Origin: Cyanidioschyzon merolae | Taxonomy: Eukaryota | Direction: 5' to 3' (one strand) | DNA length: 64,000 bases | Assembly (NCBI GenBank): GCA_000091205.1 | Contig: AP006488.2 | Shown here: positions 12,200 to 24,218 of the stretch, piece after piece | Numbering within the stretch: the first letter of the stretch is position 1 | Layout of the letters: each line of letters begins with the position of its first letter | Made by a program: the position numbers and the translations under genes | The notes under the pieces: model-generated | What the model saw: the letters and a program-made list of their open reading frames with translations, nothing else | The model's database searches: none | Told to the model about the DNA's origin: nothing

Positions 12200-13700
12200 T
12201 GGTGTCGCCAGACTGGTATCTATCCATACTGGCACACAGTTCGACAGGTGCTCTTCATCGGGTACACAAGCTAAAGTTTGGGTTTCTTCCAATTGTCGCA
12301 AACGCAGGCTATTACGAGCTTATTCTGCAACTGCATCCGTTCGCTTTCTCTTCTTGCTGGATTTACATTCGCCGGTCTCTCCTTCCGTCAAGATGCGATG
12401 TCGGCGGTCGAGGGTTATTGACGGCAACGTACAAGTGCTGATTACGTCGCTCATCGCCGTGGTCAAAGCATCTCATGCACAGACGAAAAGTCGCGATCAA
12501 CGCCTCGCTTGCCATTTCCATTGTCTTGTTCGTGCCCAGCGTTGGTGCGCTCTTCACTGCCGCGACACATGGCGGTGTGTTCAGATGCTGTAGCATATCG
12601 TGCATACCGCTTCAACGAATGGCCGTCCCGTGGCGCCTGAACGCTTGCTTCATCGTTCGGTACATGCTGGTGAAGATTGCTGAAGGCGCTCTACGATACG
12701 CACTTCCGTTTCCGTAACTGGTGGTGTACCCTACACGCACACGGGCTTGATGTGGGCGATGCCCTCGGCGAGTACGGCGTCCGCTGCAAGCGCACGCTCG
12801 TCTATTCGATCGAGGAGTTCTGAAACGCAATATTCTCCATGATAAAACACGCACCGGGAGCAAGTTCCGGACTCGAGAAGACGCCATAAGGCCTCAACCC
12901 GTGTTGGCAGCCTTCGTGCCAAGCGGTAACGCGCTGTCCACTGTAAGCGATCGCAGCGTTGCCTGAGGTCTGAGTTCAAGATTCTTTTCCATGCAAGTGG
13001 AACAAAAGGAAGCCTCTTGGTGAACAGCCCGTACGAGATATCATGCTGCTGCTGTTGAATGCAGTTTCATCGATGTCCGCGAAGCGGTTAGATTCTCTCT
13101 TTCGAATGGACTCCATTATTTGACATGAAAAGCCCGGTAAAATTTTGGCAGGTACTTGTGAACAAGCCGACAAGAGACGAGGTCGATTTTCTGTTCCATT
13201 TCAATCCAGTTGGATGCGTTGCTGCGCCAACGAGATGACTTGAAACACAATGTTCTAAAACTTCAAGCACGGGTGATTTGAGCATGCTACGAGTAAGGAC
13301 GGGAAACGAATGGAGGCTTCTGCGAAGGCGATGGATAATGATATCGGTTATTTTATGAACCCTTGTTGGAGGGTGTCGCGAACCATCTTGGTGACGATGG
13401 CGAAACGAATTTCAGCGTGGAGAGTCGACGGATCCACTCCAAAAACATAACCGAGAATACTAAAATTACACACGAATCCGCAAGCACTTGTTCCAGCACC
13501 TCGAGCGTCGAGGATGGACATGTGAAAAAATTCGAAAAAAATCGAAACGTTTCAGCCTTATCAACCAGAAGGTGCAGTTGCCAATGATCAGCGGACGATT
13601 GCGCTCCGGACAGTGGCACAATCGACACCTGCACCACGTGGCCAAGTATCCGCATGTCGAAGGTGCGATTCCCAATACGTCTGCCTATGGACACTTCACC
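12200..13700 (-). mobile_element. RT-bearing repeat family A, copy A2 (old, decayed)
   Basis: The plus strand is collinear with the 24219-25560 unit (for example ctaaagtttgggtt, attctgcaactgc, gtgccaagcggtaacgcgctg). Minus peptides are FADIDETAFNSSSM (KAFD-type RT motif) and VMFLEWIRRL. Confidence 0.6.
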
Positions 13701-14035
13701 CATACTGGTCTGTGCGAACTCGAGCCCTGAGAGACCCGCACTCTGCCTATCTACATGGTCGCAACAATCGCCAAGAATAGGCTAGCGCCGCTCGTTCCAC
13801 TCAGAGCAGTGAATCCCGGAACATCTGTACCAGCAGGCGGTTTTTTGTCTAACAAAGAGAGTCTCTATGAAGGTTGGAGAATGGTCGCGGAAAGACTTTG
13901 TGTGCGCACTGCTAGCTTTGGAGAAATGGCCTCACTTGTGCAAATCAGCTATTCGTCGGTCAGCTAGTGAGTGATCCATCCCTCTGCTCGTTCATATCCC
14001 GAATGCAGTACACCAAAAACTGAACTTGCCAAACT

Positions 14036-17000
14036 CTAGGCCAACGACTCTTCCCTCGACAATCTATTCCAGTCCAAATGCTCGCACCGTAATGCCACCA
14101 AAGATGCAATTCCATGTAAACTTTCGGTAACGTTTCCTCGAGCGGAGCTGAAGAGACGCGGATGGATCAAGAAACAGGCACGCCTCAACAGGAGACCGCA
14201 CCATTTCGAACAATACACAACAGATTCTGTATAGAAATGCGAATACTTTTCGTGGAAGCGACGGGCGTTCATCTCGCATGATGACAAATTCATCGATGAC
14301 CAATGCGAGACTTGTATAGACGTTGCCGTAGAGGGGCAAGCCGCTGTTTGTGAAGAAGAGTCAAGCGAGCATTCCGACAACGTCAGTTCTCGCGACGATT
14401 CAATACTGTGGTCGCCCATGAATCGCAACACAGAAAGCAGCGCTCAGCACCTGATCCTCCGTTGAAACACGCCTCGAGTTCCATCTTTTCGTGTCCTTCT
14501 CCTGGGCAATATCTCTCAGTCCATCACTGATGTCGGTCGGGGGGCGGGGGCGCGGTTTGTAGCTGCTCTTCGTGCTAGCACACGCTCGCGGGTTCCATCC
14601 GCTTAAAGACGTCGTATAGGATTTCAAACGCCATTTTGATCTACCGGAAGAACAGACGAGTCGTACGTAACCGTGTTACAGAAGTTCTTCGACAAATCAC
14701 TCTTTGTGTTCACCAGAACCGAATCCATGCATTGATTCTCCGCTCATTGGCAGCTGAGAAGGGAAAGGTGCGCTCCGGTCTGGGAGCGGGCATGCGATGG
14801 CTAAGGCGACGAAAAAGCACTTGAGAAACAGTGCGTACATTCAAAGAGAAGACGAGTTTCAGGCACGTCGAGCGATCAGTGCGTCTGAGTGCCAAGAAAG
14901 AAAACGTATACAGCGTATCATGAAAAAATCCACGCTACCTAGCCGAGTAAGCGAAAAGGCAAAGATGTCGAAGCCGAAAGAGATGCAACCACACGTCAAA
15001 GCAGAGAAATAGCTTCCCTAAAAGATGACGAGTTCCGACGGGAACGGAGCACCTTCCGATCGGAAAGATCATTGTTGGACCGCTGTCAACGCCTCACCAA
15101 TAAATCATATCCATTGGGAGAATCCTTGAAGGCGTCAGGCACACGACGCCATTAGAGATCGCGTAGCTTCTTACGCGCACAAGTCTTGCCTATTTCGTCT
15201 TGTCTTGGTGCACCGCGCCACGCGACGCTTCGGTGGAGTTCCAGACACGGGCGGCAAGCTCTCGGCATTTCTCTGGATTTTTTTCGGATCAGACCTTCGT
15301 GCGAGAACACCACTTATGCTCCGGATAGAAGGCGCAACACGGCCTGTTCATAGGATTCCGGATGTACTCGCACGCTTCCCAGAATACCTTGACACATTAC
15401 CGCGCCACCTCGGCGATCTGAGGATCGACAACGCAGATGCCAGAAAGTACGGAACTACATTCAACATACCAAATTAGGTTCAGTGTCGAGCGCTTCACGA
15501 AACACCTCCCATGCGCATTGTATCCTCACGTCACATACGCGATAAAATACGGATGGATGGACGGGATGCTTAGCGGGTCGATGGAGGAAAATGACGAGCG
15601 ATTGGCGGCAAGAGATCGAGGTGGTAGCGAGTTCGGAACTGATGTGCCAGCGATAGGGAGTATCGCTTCAGGTAATCCAAGCTCGTCGTGTTGCCGTCAG
15701 CCTCGGGTCGGCGGATTTCGTACCGAAAAGGATCGTTGAGACGCAACGCCTACCTTGCTTGCATCTACGGTTCCATGTTTCGCTGAGCAGATCTTCCCAG
15801 AGCAGACCAGAGCAGATTCCATCAGACCGTCGCCTCGAATCCAAGCGCCGTAGCCTCCGAAATCGCCAAGTGGATGTGCTCCCAGCACCTCAGATGGAAG
15901 CCCAGTCGATCACCCGAGACGCTTCTGCTCTGTACTGTATCGCATCTTCAGTGAGCTACAGCTGGTCTGTCTGCGCGCAGCTATTCCGCATTCCACTATA
16001 GAGGCTAAGAGCATTGCAGAGCTCGTTCAAGGCTCCTCGTGTACGGAGAAGGAATGGAACGAATTCTACAGTGCCGATGGAGCTCGCTGGAATACAAATC
16101 CGCATGTACTTGTGAGATCGAGGCCCAAGTCAAGCGATGCGACTCGGTCTCAGCCAAAGAAGACATATCAAGAGAGAAACATCATGGTGGGCCCGGATCC
16201 CCAGGTCTGAGAATATCATGACGGTTGTCGTACCTCTGAATCGAGAGAACGTATCGAGGGATATGCAGGGAATGCAAACGAAGCTACTCAGCTTTTCCCG
16301 GGCTCGATTTCACCCAGGAATGGGCATGATGAATGCGAGAAGGCACACGAAAACTGGAAAGACGGCGTCAGGGACCAGACCCCGGTGCTCTGAGCACACT
16401 GTCCTGCAGACGAGGATGCTTTGTGTGCTGCATTCAGAGAGAACACGAGCGTCCAAATGGCGTATGTCGACGATCTCTGGCAGAAATACCTGCGGACGCA
16501 CGGGAATGGCCAACGATTTTCGGCGTACAGGGGCAGGACGCGAGTATTCAGCGACTTGTTTCATGAACAGGAAAAGAAATACGACGGATCGTTCGTCTCG
16601 TTGGGTGACGGTACCCTATGGCGCAAGACGTGCTGTGGCGCTCGTGGGCTGCACGCCTGCTCCTCTGACGAGAACGTAGAACGAGTGCAGGAAACGATTC
16701 TGTACGACGCCTGTCGATGAGTTACGGCCAACAGAGAAACGTCACGAGCACGAGTGCCCGTTGAAACAGCCAGAAACGAAGCGCTTGAAACAGAGCACGA
16801 TGGACGAGATGGGGTACGGCATGCCGAGCGGACGTCTGCTTACGAGGCAGTCAGATGCATGAGGCTCGCAATGTTGCGATACAGTCGCCAACAAGGTATG
16901 CAAGCGCTTTCTGTGCCAAGACTTGGACGCCTCAATCAACACCCGAAAAAGTCGAGTGCTTTCGGAGCGTCCTGCGGCTCTGTGTCAAGCGAAAATTCCT

Positions 17001-17934
17001 GGTAATCGTTTCGTATTCTTTGTCGGCATTGCGCTGAAATGCTGAAGACTCCGGATTGAAAAAACTCAGTGGCCAGGAGAGATGGCATTAGATTCTCGCC
17101 CGGAGCGAGGCACTGTTGTGGTCGAGCGCATCCATCGAGCGAGGTAGCAGCGTCGTATGTGTATACTGCGAACGTTTTACCTCGGCAGTGATGTCATGAT
17201 CATGGTGTTCCATTATTCGGCGTTACCAAGCATATGCGTCTCTTTACAGAGTCGTGAAATCCAATCCCTTGATCCTACTCCCAGCGGGACTTGCATGCCT
17301 AGTGGTCGGTTCGAAAACAGTCTCCCATGTCTCTTTGCGATCATGTCACAAGGATGAACCAATCTATGTGCAGGCGTTCATTCCGAAAGCAACAGTGTCG
17401 GTCCTTAGACGAATTTTCGAATCCGGTCGCCTCGTCCGATACAGCGCTGCGTATGCGCGACGATATTGATATCAGTGTTTGCATAAGAAAATCATATCAT
17501 TTCCACCACTTCCGGTTCAGGTATAAAACGTCGGTATGAGGAATCTGGTGCCCATCATCGCAAATGGTCGCGTAACGAGTTCCCGCCGACGACCTGAGGC
17601 ACAGTGCACGGGCCATGCTCCATCGGTGTCGCGTATTGCACCAGTTACGAGCACGAGAAAGCACTATCCTTCCATGACATGGTGGCAGTGCGCATGTGCC
17701 CGGGTCTGTTCTGACGCTTTCAGGGTCGCAACAGGAACGCAAGGCCCCGTCCCGTAATCCACCGACCGCAAAGCTGCCTTTGTTCCATAGTGGGAGCCTT
17801 ACAGGATCCAGTGCGTCCTGTCCGTGCCTCGGGGATATCTTGGAGCCGGACGGATCGGCCGTACCCGCAAGCGTCACAAAGCCAGCACGGAAACTGTACG
17901 AGGAATCCCATAGATTCTGCACCAGACCCGACAC
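14036..17934 (-). mobile_element. Decayed LTR-retrotransposon pol relic, Ty3/gypsy domain order, no LTRs found
   Basis: Minus-strand fragments occur in the order RT (RRPLGMPYPISSIVLCFKRFV in 16742-16942; FLPEIVDIRHL...CSEHRGLV in 16310-16564), RNase H-like (DFGGYGAWIRGDG, 15697-15888), then integrase core-like (LALVIDEF...LFLDPSASLQLRS...GGITVRAFGLE, 14064-14339). All are interrupted by stops and frameshifts. Confidence 0.55.
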
Positions 17935-18076
17935 ACTGGCATGAATCCGCTGACAGCATCAGTGTTCCCGAACAGCACAACAACGATCCGTTGGGTATTG
18001 TGTACCTCGACTGCACGGTTCACCTTGCAGCGAGCTCGCGCGTTTGTACCGAGTGTCTATCCGCTCGTCCCGCATC

Positions 18077-19864
18077 TCAATTGTTTGCCGAGTTCTCCGA
18101 AACTGCGTGCACCTCGGGGCGTACAAAGGGATACGCAAAATCGGGAAAGAACCATCCACGGCGTGCGTCCTCCTTGAACGGCCTTATAGGCACTGGCAGA
18201 CTTTGAACCGCCTCGCGCATCTCCCGCAACAGTTCGGAGACATCAGGACCTTCAAAGATGATTTCCGCGACCCAGTCCGGCATCCCATCCTCGGGGCCGG
18301 TGACCTTGGCACCGGCCTTCGCAAGGTAACGTTTCAAACGGCAGTGCGCGTACTTGTCAAGACCCTCGAGCCAATCGCTACGCTCCACAATACCTGAATA
18401 CGGAGCGTTAACGGCTGCCTGTGCGAAGCAGACGAGGGGCTCTGGCGGCATCCGCGGACGGATGGGAATTCCGAGCGCAGTCATGATGTGTTCTTCGACG
18501 AGATCAACGCCCCAGGTGCGCAAGTTTGCGTCACGAACGCACATACCTCCCATGCGGGCGTTGACTTCTATCAAACGCGGTCCTCTGGAGGTGTACTTCA
18601 CTTCAACGTGGAAGGCCCCATCTGTGAACCCCAGCGCTCGGAGTGTCTGCGATGCGAACGCTTTCAGCTCCGCCTGTTTTTCCTCCGGGTACAGCGAGGG
18701 AATGTTCATGCCAGTCTCCTGGAACCAAGGCTCCCAGCACGCCCAATTATCGGACAGGGAGGCGTAGACAACCTCACCCTTCGACATGAGCGCATCGACA
18801 TCGAATTCATCGCCATCGTAGAACTCTTCGAGCAGCAGATCCGTGCCCTGAGTCCAGATTGTATCAAGATGAACATCCATTGTCGCACGGATCGCCCGAA
18901 ATGTGTCGACCAGCTCATCTTGACTCGACACTTTATGCACGCCCATGGAGGCTGCGCCAAACGCAGGTTTCAGGATTGCCGGGAAGCCCACATGCTGACC
19001 CGCAGGCTCCAGATCCACCACATCGGTGATGCGGTAGCATTTGGGCGTCGCCAAACCATGTTGTCGCATGATTTCCCTGGTGACATACTTGTTCCGAGCT
19101 GCTTGGCAGGCGGCGCTCGGGTTTCCAGGCAAGTTCAGAGCTTCTGCCAAACGGGCAACCACGGCAACTGCGTCCTCATAAAATGTGGCCACAGCGTCAA
19201 ACGTTATTCCGGAATCAAGAATAGCATCGACTGCACGCTCAAAAAGGGTGTTGTAGTCTGTAAAATCCAATTCAATGTAGGACTCGATGACGTCCTCGTC
19301 GACGAGGCATTTCGCCCAGCTGTCAGGGCCATCCAGAATGCTAACTTTGACCCCAAGTTCCTTCAAATGTTCAAAGATAAATCGCTTACCACTGTATCCG
19401 GCCTGGAAAATGAGAACCTGTGCACCTCTGAGCAGCTTCCGCCGAATAGCCTGAGCTTCGGGTGTATCTCGCTCTAGGAGCTGCGGTTTGACGTGCGGAA
19501 AGTTACTGAATACTGGCGAGAAGTCCATCGGACTCGCCCCACTTCTGCCGAACTTCAGTCGACTGAGAAGAGAGGGAGAAAATGACTCGCCACTGCCCCG
19601 TGCGAGCACTGCTTTTGGCACCAGAAAGTTTGCCGATTGGAGTGAGCGTGCGAGCTCCTGGCCCTGGTCCTGCTGGCGGCCGCTGCGCGCACTCCCTGGT
19701 GCGTCCAAGCTGCCGCTGATCATAACCTCTAGCTCTGCGACGCCAGGTACCCGCTCGATCGCTGTCGACGGCAGCTTCCGCTTATTGAGCAAAAAGTCGA
19801 CACTGTCACCGGCACTGCCTACCGGCTCGCGATACTGCGCGAGAGACTCGGTGAAGGAGCTCAT
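18077..19864 (-). CDS. ATP-grasp ligase, carnosine-synthase (CARNS1/ATPGD1)-like
   Basis: The listed ORF starts at GTG 19879; the first ATG is 19864 (MSSFTESL). The ATP-grasp core is FPAILKPAFGAASMGVHKV...LLLEEFYDGDEFDVDALMSKGEVVYASLSDN...FHVEVKYTSRGPRLIEVNARMGGMCVRD, collinear with my recollection of animal carnosine synthase. Confidence 0.85.
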   Translation of the reverse strand: MSSFTESLAQYREPVGSAGDSVDFLLNKRKLPSTAIERVPGVAELEVMISGSLDAPGSARSGRQQDQGQELARSLQSANFLVPKAVLARGSGESFSPSLLSRLKFGRSGASPMDFSPVFSNFPHVKPQLLERDTPEAQAIRRKLLRGAQVLIFQAGYSGKRFIFEHLKELGVKVSILDGPDSWAKCLVDEDVIESYIELDFTDYNTLFERAVDAILDSGITFDAVATFYEDAVAVVARLAEALNLPGNPSAACQAARNKYVTREIMRQHGLATPKCYRITDVVDLEPAGQHVGFPAILKPAFGAASMGVHKVSSQDELVDTFRAIRATMDVHLDTIWTQGTDLLLEEFYDGDEFDVDALMSKGEVVYASLSDNWACWEPWFQETGMNIPSLYPEEKQAELKAFASQTLRALGFTDGAFHVEVKYTSRGPRLIEVNARMGGMCVRDANLRTWGVDLVEEHIMTALGIPIRPRMPPEPLVCFAQAAVNAPYSGIVERSDWLEGLDKYAHCRLKRYLAKAGAKVTGPEDGMPDWVAEIIFEGPDVSELLREMREAVQSLPVPIRPFKEDARRGWFFPDFAYPFVRPEVHAVSENSANN

Positions 19865-20149
19865 GAGCACGACTGTCACAATGTACTACTTTGAAGTGCT
19901 CCCCAATCCAGCCACTTTAGCCGTGCTATGTGCACTCCCAGGATCCGGGATCGTCTAAAGTGGACCGAATGCCCCTTGACGAAATATCCTGCACCCAAAA
20001 CTCTGCTCTGCGGTGCTGCGCAAATGTCAGCCGCAGAGGCTACGAGCAGGAAACTCGCTCCATCATCGCCGCCGCTGGTACGCAGGATCGACTCAGATTC
20101 GTCGATCAGTTCAACGGTTGCTTTCTGATCGCGGCGGCGGCGGGCGCAC

Positions 20150-20886
20150 GAGCGGTCTACGTGCAACGCTGCGATCAGCGAGATGTGACGATGCGGTGCT
20201 GCAGCGCGTCACATCTGCTGCAGCATGCGCATCACCGGAGGACGCTGGCCTACGGAAACGTTTTGTCCATGAAAAAGATCTGCTGCTGCATCGGATTGCA
20301 GCAGCTATTGTCTTTCACCAGGATTCTGTTCCACATCCAGTAGCGTGGCATCAAATGCTTTTCCGCGGTTCATAGCAGATATGTTCGAAGTGTGTTTATT
20401 TGGAGAAACAAAAGATCCATGGCACAGGAATAGACGTGGATGTCGGGCATCCTGGAGCGCTGTCATCGATGATCGCCAGAATGAAACGGAAAAACCCTCT
20501 TTTCGCCGACTATGGAGCGAAGGAGAGGAAGAGCAACAAGGGGAGATGCACGAGAAGCGGTGCTTGCACAGCGGGACGGTGACTAAACTGTAGAGGCACA
20601 GAGCGCACGAGTTCAAGGAATCCTTGCATTGGTGCGTTCAACAGTGGCAAAAGACGCATGGAGTTCATCAACCGAGACTGTAACGCCGCTGTGAATATCA
20701 TACAATGAGTGGCGTTGTAGACGAGACCCGAGGAGCTAGCGAAATCTAATTTTATTCGGCAAACTCTCAGGCTCGAGAGGTGCCTTGATAAACTGAAACC
20801 GAAAGCAGGCGGTCGGTCGAAAAAGTTGGGAGACGCCTGCGTATGGGTATTCATTTACCCACCATGGTTGTGGGATATTTTTCGTT
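20150..20886 (+). mobile_element. TnpB/Fanzor-like gene relic, family C copy 1
   Basis: The plus frame gives ...NSGKRRMEFINRDCNAAVNIIQ* at 20664-20708, then (V)AL*TRPEELAKSNF. It is collinear with 44736-45650 and 35680-36215 (reverse). It contains multiple stops. The lower boundary is approximate. Confidence 0.6.
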
Positions 20887-22377
20887 CTATCAACGATGTC
20901 TTTCTCGTCGATGGACCATGGGCAAGCGTGTTTAGCTCATCTGGAGGTTCGCGGTTGCACAGGCCCGACCGGAGCCCGAGTTAGGGGGCCTCTTCTCGCT
21001 GGCGGACACGTCTACATAGCACCCGACGAGCAACGTCTAGCGGATGAGAGTCGTTGCCTTTTGGTAGCGCACAGCGAGCGATAAGCAGAGGAAGGTGCCA
21101 GTTTTACGCATGGACCTGAAACGGTGCTCGCGCAATGCTCGGAAAAGCCTCACAGAATATCGGCAAGTGTTCGTTCGTTCATTCAGCGTTTGGAATTGAT
21201 GAGGCTCTGGATACCTGTGTCTCCCAGTGGTTTCCAGAGAGTCGGGGCATGTGTTGTGTTCTTTCCCAGCCGTGTCTTCATCCTCGCGGATTCTGCCGAG
21301 GGGCGCGCTTCACGTCGGAGCGCGGTAGCTTCCGCGCCATCCCGGGCAACACGGAATTCGTTCTGCTGCTGTGGTGCATTCGCCGCTGGAGTGTCGACCT
21401 GTTCGGCACTGTGTTTCTTTCGTGCCGCTCTGTCTCGAAACGCTGTGTCCTGTGCGAGTCGGCAGCCTCCATCGACGGAATGTTGAGGTCGACTCTCGAG
21501 CGACGCTTCACGCACGGTCGTGCACTTGAAAAAACACTTCATTAACGTTCGGCGAAGCATCATGCTCGCATGCAACTCGTGAATAACATTTTGCCAACGA
21601 GAAATATCTCAGCGGTTTGCCGAAAGTATTTCTCATTTCGAAACGCGGTGGAATTGAGTGCTGCAGCCAGCCATATTGAAGCGCTGTAATGGGAACGCGC
21701 TTTCAGAGGCACGTGCACGGGCAAGAGAGCCTCTTCGGTGCTCTACTTCTGGTCGAGCACCAAGAGCACGACACTTGAGCGATGTGACGGCGGACGGATG
21801 ACACCCGTTGCATCCGGCCACGGTAACGCTACTGGATAAAAGTAGTGGCATGATGTAGACAGAATATGGAATTACAGCATACCCACCGCCATAGTGAGAT
21901 GCGGGACGCTTAGTACGGAAAAGTTACGCATGTACTACTTCCTGTGCCACAAGCAGACTTTCTGTCAAGGTACGAAACGCTGCGTACCTACATCTTTCTC
22001 CTGGACGCGGCGAACGAGGTATCTGCAGATGCGAGCGCACGCACTTCCATTGCAGCCAGCACATTATCGTCCATATTTGCGCGATCTATCCAAAATGAAG
22101 GCAATCTTCGCTGTCGCGTGTCTGTACTGAGAGGCAAAGAGCAAAGCCCAATTCCTAGGCGAGCACGCTTCTGGTATTTATGACGGCGACGGCAATCGTT
22201 TTGCAGAGATACCGACTTACGCGGGGGTATATCCGACGCCGCGGGGAATGGTTTAGACGAAATCGCGTGTACAGCAGAAACGTATCGATATCCTGGACCA
22301 CAGGCATTTGGGTGTGACAGCTGCTGCTGCTGCCGAGTCCAAAACGCCGCTATGTTGCAGTGAGGCTCCCAGCCACC

Positions 22378-23793
22378 TCATGAGGTCACAGGCGGCAACC
22401 TGTTTTTCCCGTGGATGAAAAAGCAGTATGGATGACGATACCGATACTCATGCCAGCGATACGGTTCGTTTCCGAGATTGTGAATAAACTCGATCTGGGC
22501 AAAATACTGCAGTCGAAATGATCGATCCCAGAACTCCTCTGTGCTGGCAAAAAGCTGCCGATCAATCGCAACATCAAACGCCGCAGAGCGGTGACGATTC
22601 CAGACTCGCCACAGCCATCGACAGAAATCCAAGTCACCTACTCGATAGAGCGCATTTCCGTTCATCTGCGTTCGATGCGCATCTTGGTGGTACTGCAGTC
22701 GCCAGGAGATGCGTGCATCCAGGTTGGTGCTTCGCAGCGGAGAGCCCAGCATCCACAGACGACGAGCATCCGCGAGCGCTACGATCCGACGAAGCGCATC
22801 ATTGTACTGCGCTTGCACCGCATTGCAGTCTGGTTCGCACCAAAACAAGTATCGTACTCGGGGTAGACTCGTGGACTCATGTGGACCACTAAAGATGCTT
22901 CGCTGCGATGACTGTCGCCCCAGGGACAATCGATGGAAGCGCAGCGCCCTGTGTTCCGTGTTCATCCAGGGCTCTGCGGAGCGTTCAGCCGGCTTGCCGC
23001 CAGCGGCGGCCAGGCTCAGAGCAAACACCAAAGGATAGAACATACTGCCGGTGCCTGCAGAGTCACGTTCGGAAAGCCATGAGCTAGGCCTGTAACGATC
23101 AGCAGTGCTGTCCAGACGCGCCTCGATGAGGTACACACCATGATCCAAACAGGAAGGCCATGTTGGAGCTGTCGCTTTTCGGAGCGCGTCGACGACACGA
23201 AGGTAGAGGTCGCTATCCCAGATTGTGTTGATATAAAACGCCAACACTGTTTGACTCGAAGTGCGCTCTGCAGTCTCTACCGGGCAAGCTAGTGGAAGAT
23301 TCCAGTGAATCCACCGCTCAACTGCCTCGAATTGATGTTTTGCAAACGGCACAACAATCACTTGCCCACGGGCATGCGTCTGCCGCATCGACGACGACCT
23401 ATCCATCGAAGATCGCTTCATGGAATCAGGAATATCCTCGCTTACTCTCCGATGCAGAATGTGTTGAGGCGTTAGAAGAGTCCATGGAAAGCTCTCGTTG
23501 AACCAGGCGTTACCAGGTGCTACCATGAACGCGTTTCGGGGCGTTGCGGCGTTCCATGGACTGCTCCCGTTATACCATGCAGTCGCAGTCGCCGGTCCCT
23601 CGCTGCCGCTAGACTGCAGAACGGCATATGGTGATAGGAGACGCACCATACCCCACTGCTTATCGCGCTGGTCAAGGTTTCGGTTCTCTATACCCGCCAA
23701 GTCGTGCGTGAACAACCCCGCGCGGTGAAAGAAAAGGATTCGCGTCAGCAATATCTTACACAGTTGTAAGAAAACACGCCAGCAGCGCTTCAT
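22378..23793 (-). CDS. Type II membrane protein, possibly glycosyltransferase-like (function uncertain)
   Basis: Intact 471-aa ORF with ATG at 23793 and an N-terminal anchor (VFLQLCKILLTRILFF). Motifs YLFWCEPD and QMNGNALY recall nucleotide-sugar transferase-like families. No family assignment can be made by eye. Confidence 0.65.
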   Translation of the reverse strand: MKRCWRVFLQLCKILLTRILFFHRAGLFTHDLAGIENRNLDQRDKQWGMVRLLSPYAVLQSSGSEGPATATAWYNGSSPWNAATPRNAFMVAPGNAWFNESFPWTLLTPQHILHRRVSEDIPDSMKRSSMDRSSSMRQTHARGQVIVVPFAKHQFEAVERWIHWNLPLACPVETAERTSSQTVLAFYINTIWDSDLYLRVVDALRKATAPTWPSCLDHGVYLIEARLDSTADRYRPSSWLSERDSAGTGSMFYPLVFALSLAAAGGKPAERSAEPWMNTEHRALRFHRLSLGRQSSQRSIFSGPHESTSLPRVRYLFWCEPDCNAVQAQYNDALRRIVALADARRLWMLGSPLRSTNLDARISWRLQYHQDAHRTQMNGNALYRVGDLDFCRWLWRVWNRHRSAAFDVAIDRQLFASTEEFWDRSFRLQYFAQIEFIHNLGNEPYRWHEYRYRHPYCFFIHGKNRLPPVTS

Positions 23794-24218
23794 CTTTCCG
23801 CGTTAGTGCTGCTGAGTGCGTTTAAGACGGTACAACAGACGAGCTCAAGTCGCTGCCGAACGGCTGGACGTTTCTGACGGGTCACTTATCCATCGCTTCA
23901 AACGTGCTGGAAGACACACTTTATTCAGTTGTCTTTGTCGCGGAGCAACTATTCAGTACCAACGTCAAATTTGTAACTTGTCCTGGAAGCGTTGCCGTTC
24001 AGAGCTTAGAGCGTGCCAGCAACGCGTTTAGTGGAAGAAAGACCCGCGACTGCCGGAAAAGGATGCGAACACCGTGCAGGGCAAGCACCCGTTCCACGAG
24101 GAATCAGCAGATACGCCACCACTTCAACTCAGTTCAACTAGAAACGAGTGAACCTCGAGCCCTTGACACAGTATCCATCATATCGACGAAGCGCTCTTGA
24201 TGGCTCGATGCAATTACA

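Noticed and set aside
11835-12593. 252-aa plus-strand ORF
   Set aside because: It overlaps the RRP8 5' end in antisense and then runs into repeat copy A2, with no family resemblance.
17414-17426. ttttcgaatccgg, a T-loop-like string checked as a possible tRNA, along with a scan for GGTTCGAATCC-type motifs elsewhere
   Set aside because: The flanks form no acceptor or anticodon stems. I found no convincing cloverleaf anywhere by eye, and a dedicated tRNA scan would be needed for a firm negative.
18488-19477. 329-aa plus-strand ORF
   Set aside because: It lies entirely antisense to the well-supported ATP-grasp gene, has no recognisable motif, and is the sort of long antisense frame that appears opposite a coding region with balanced GC.
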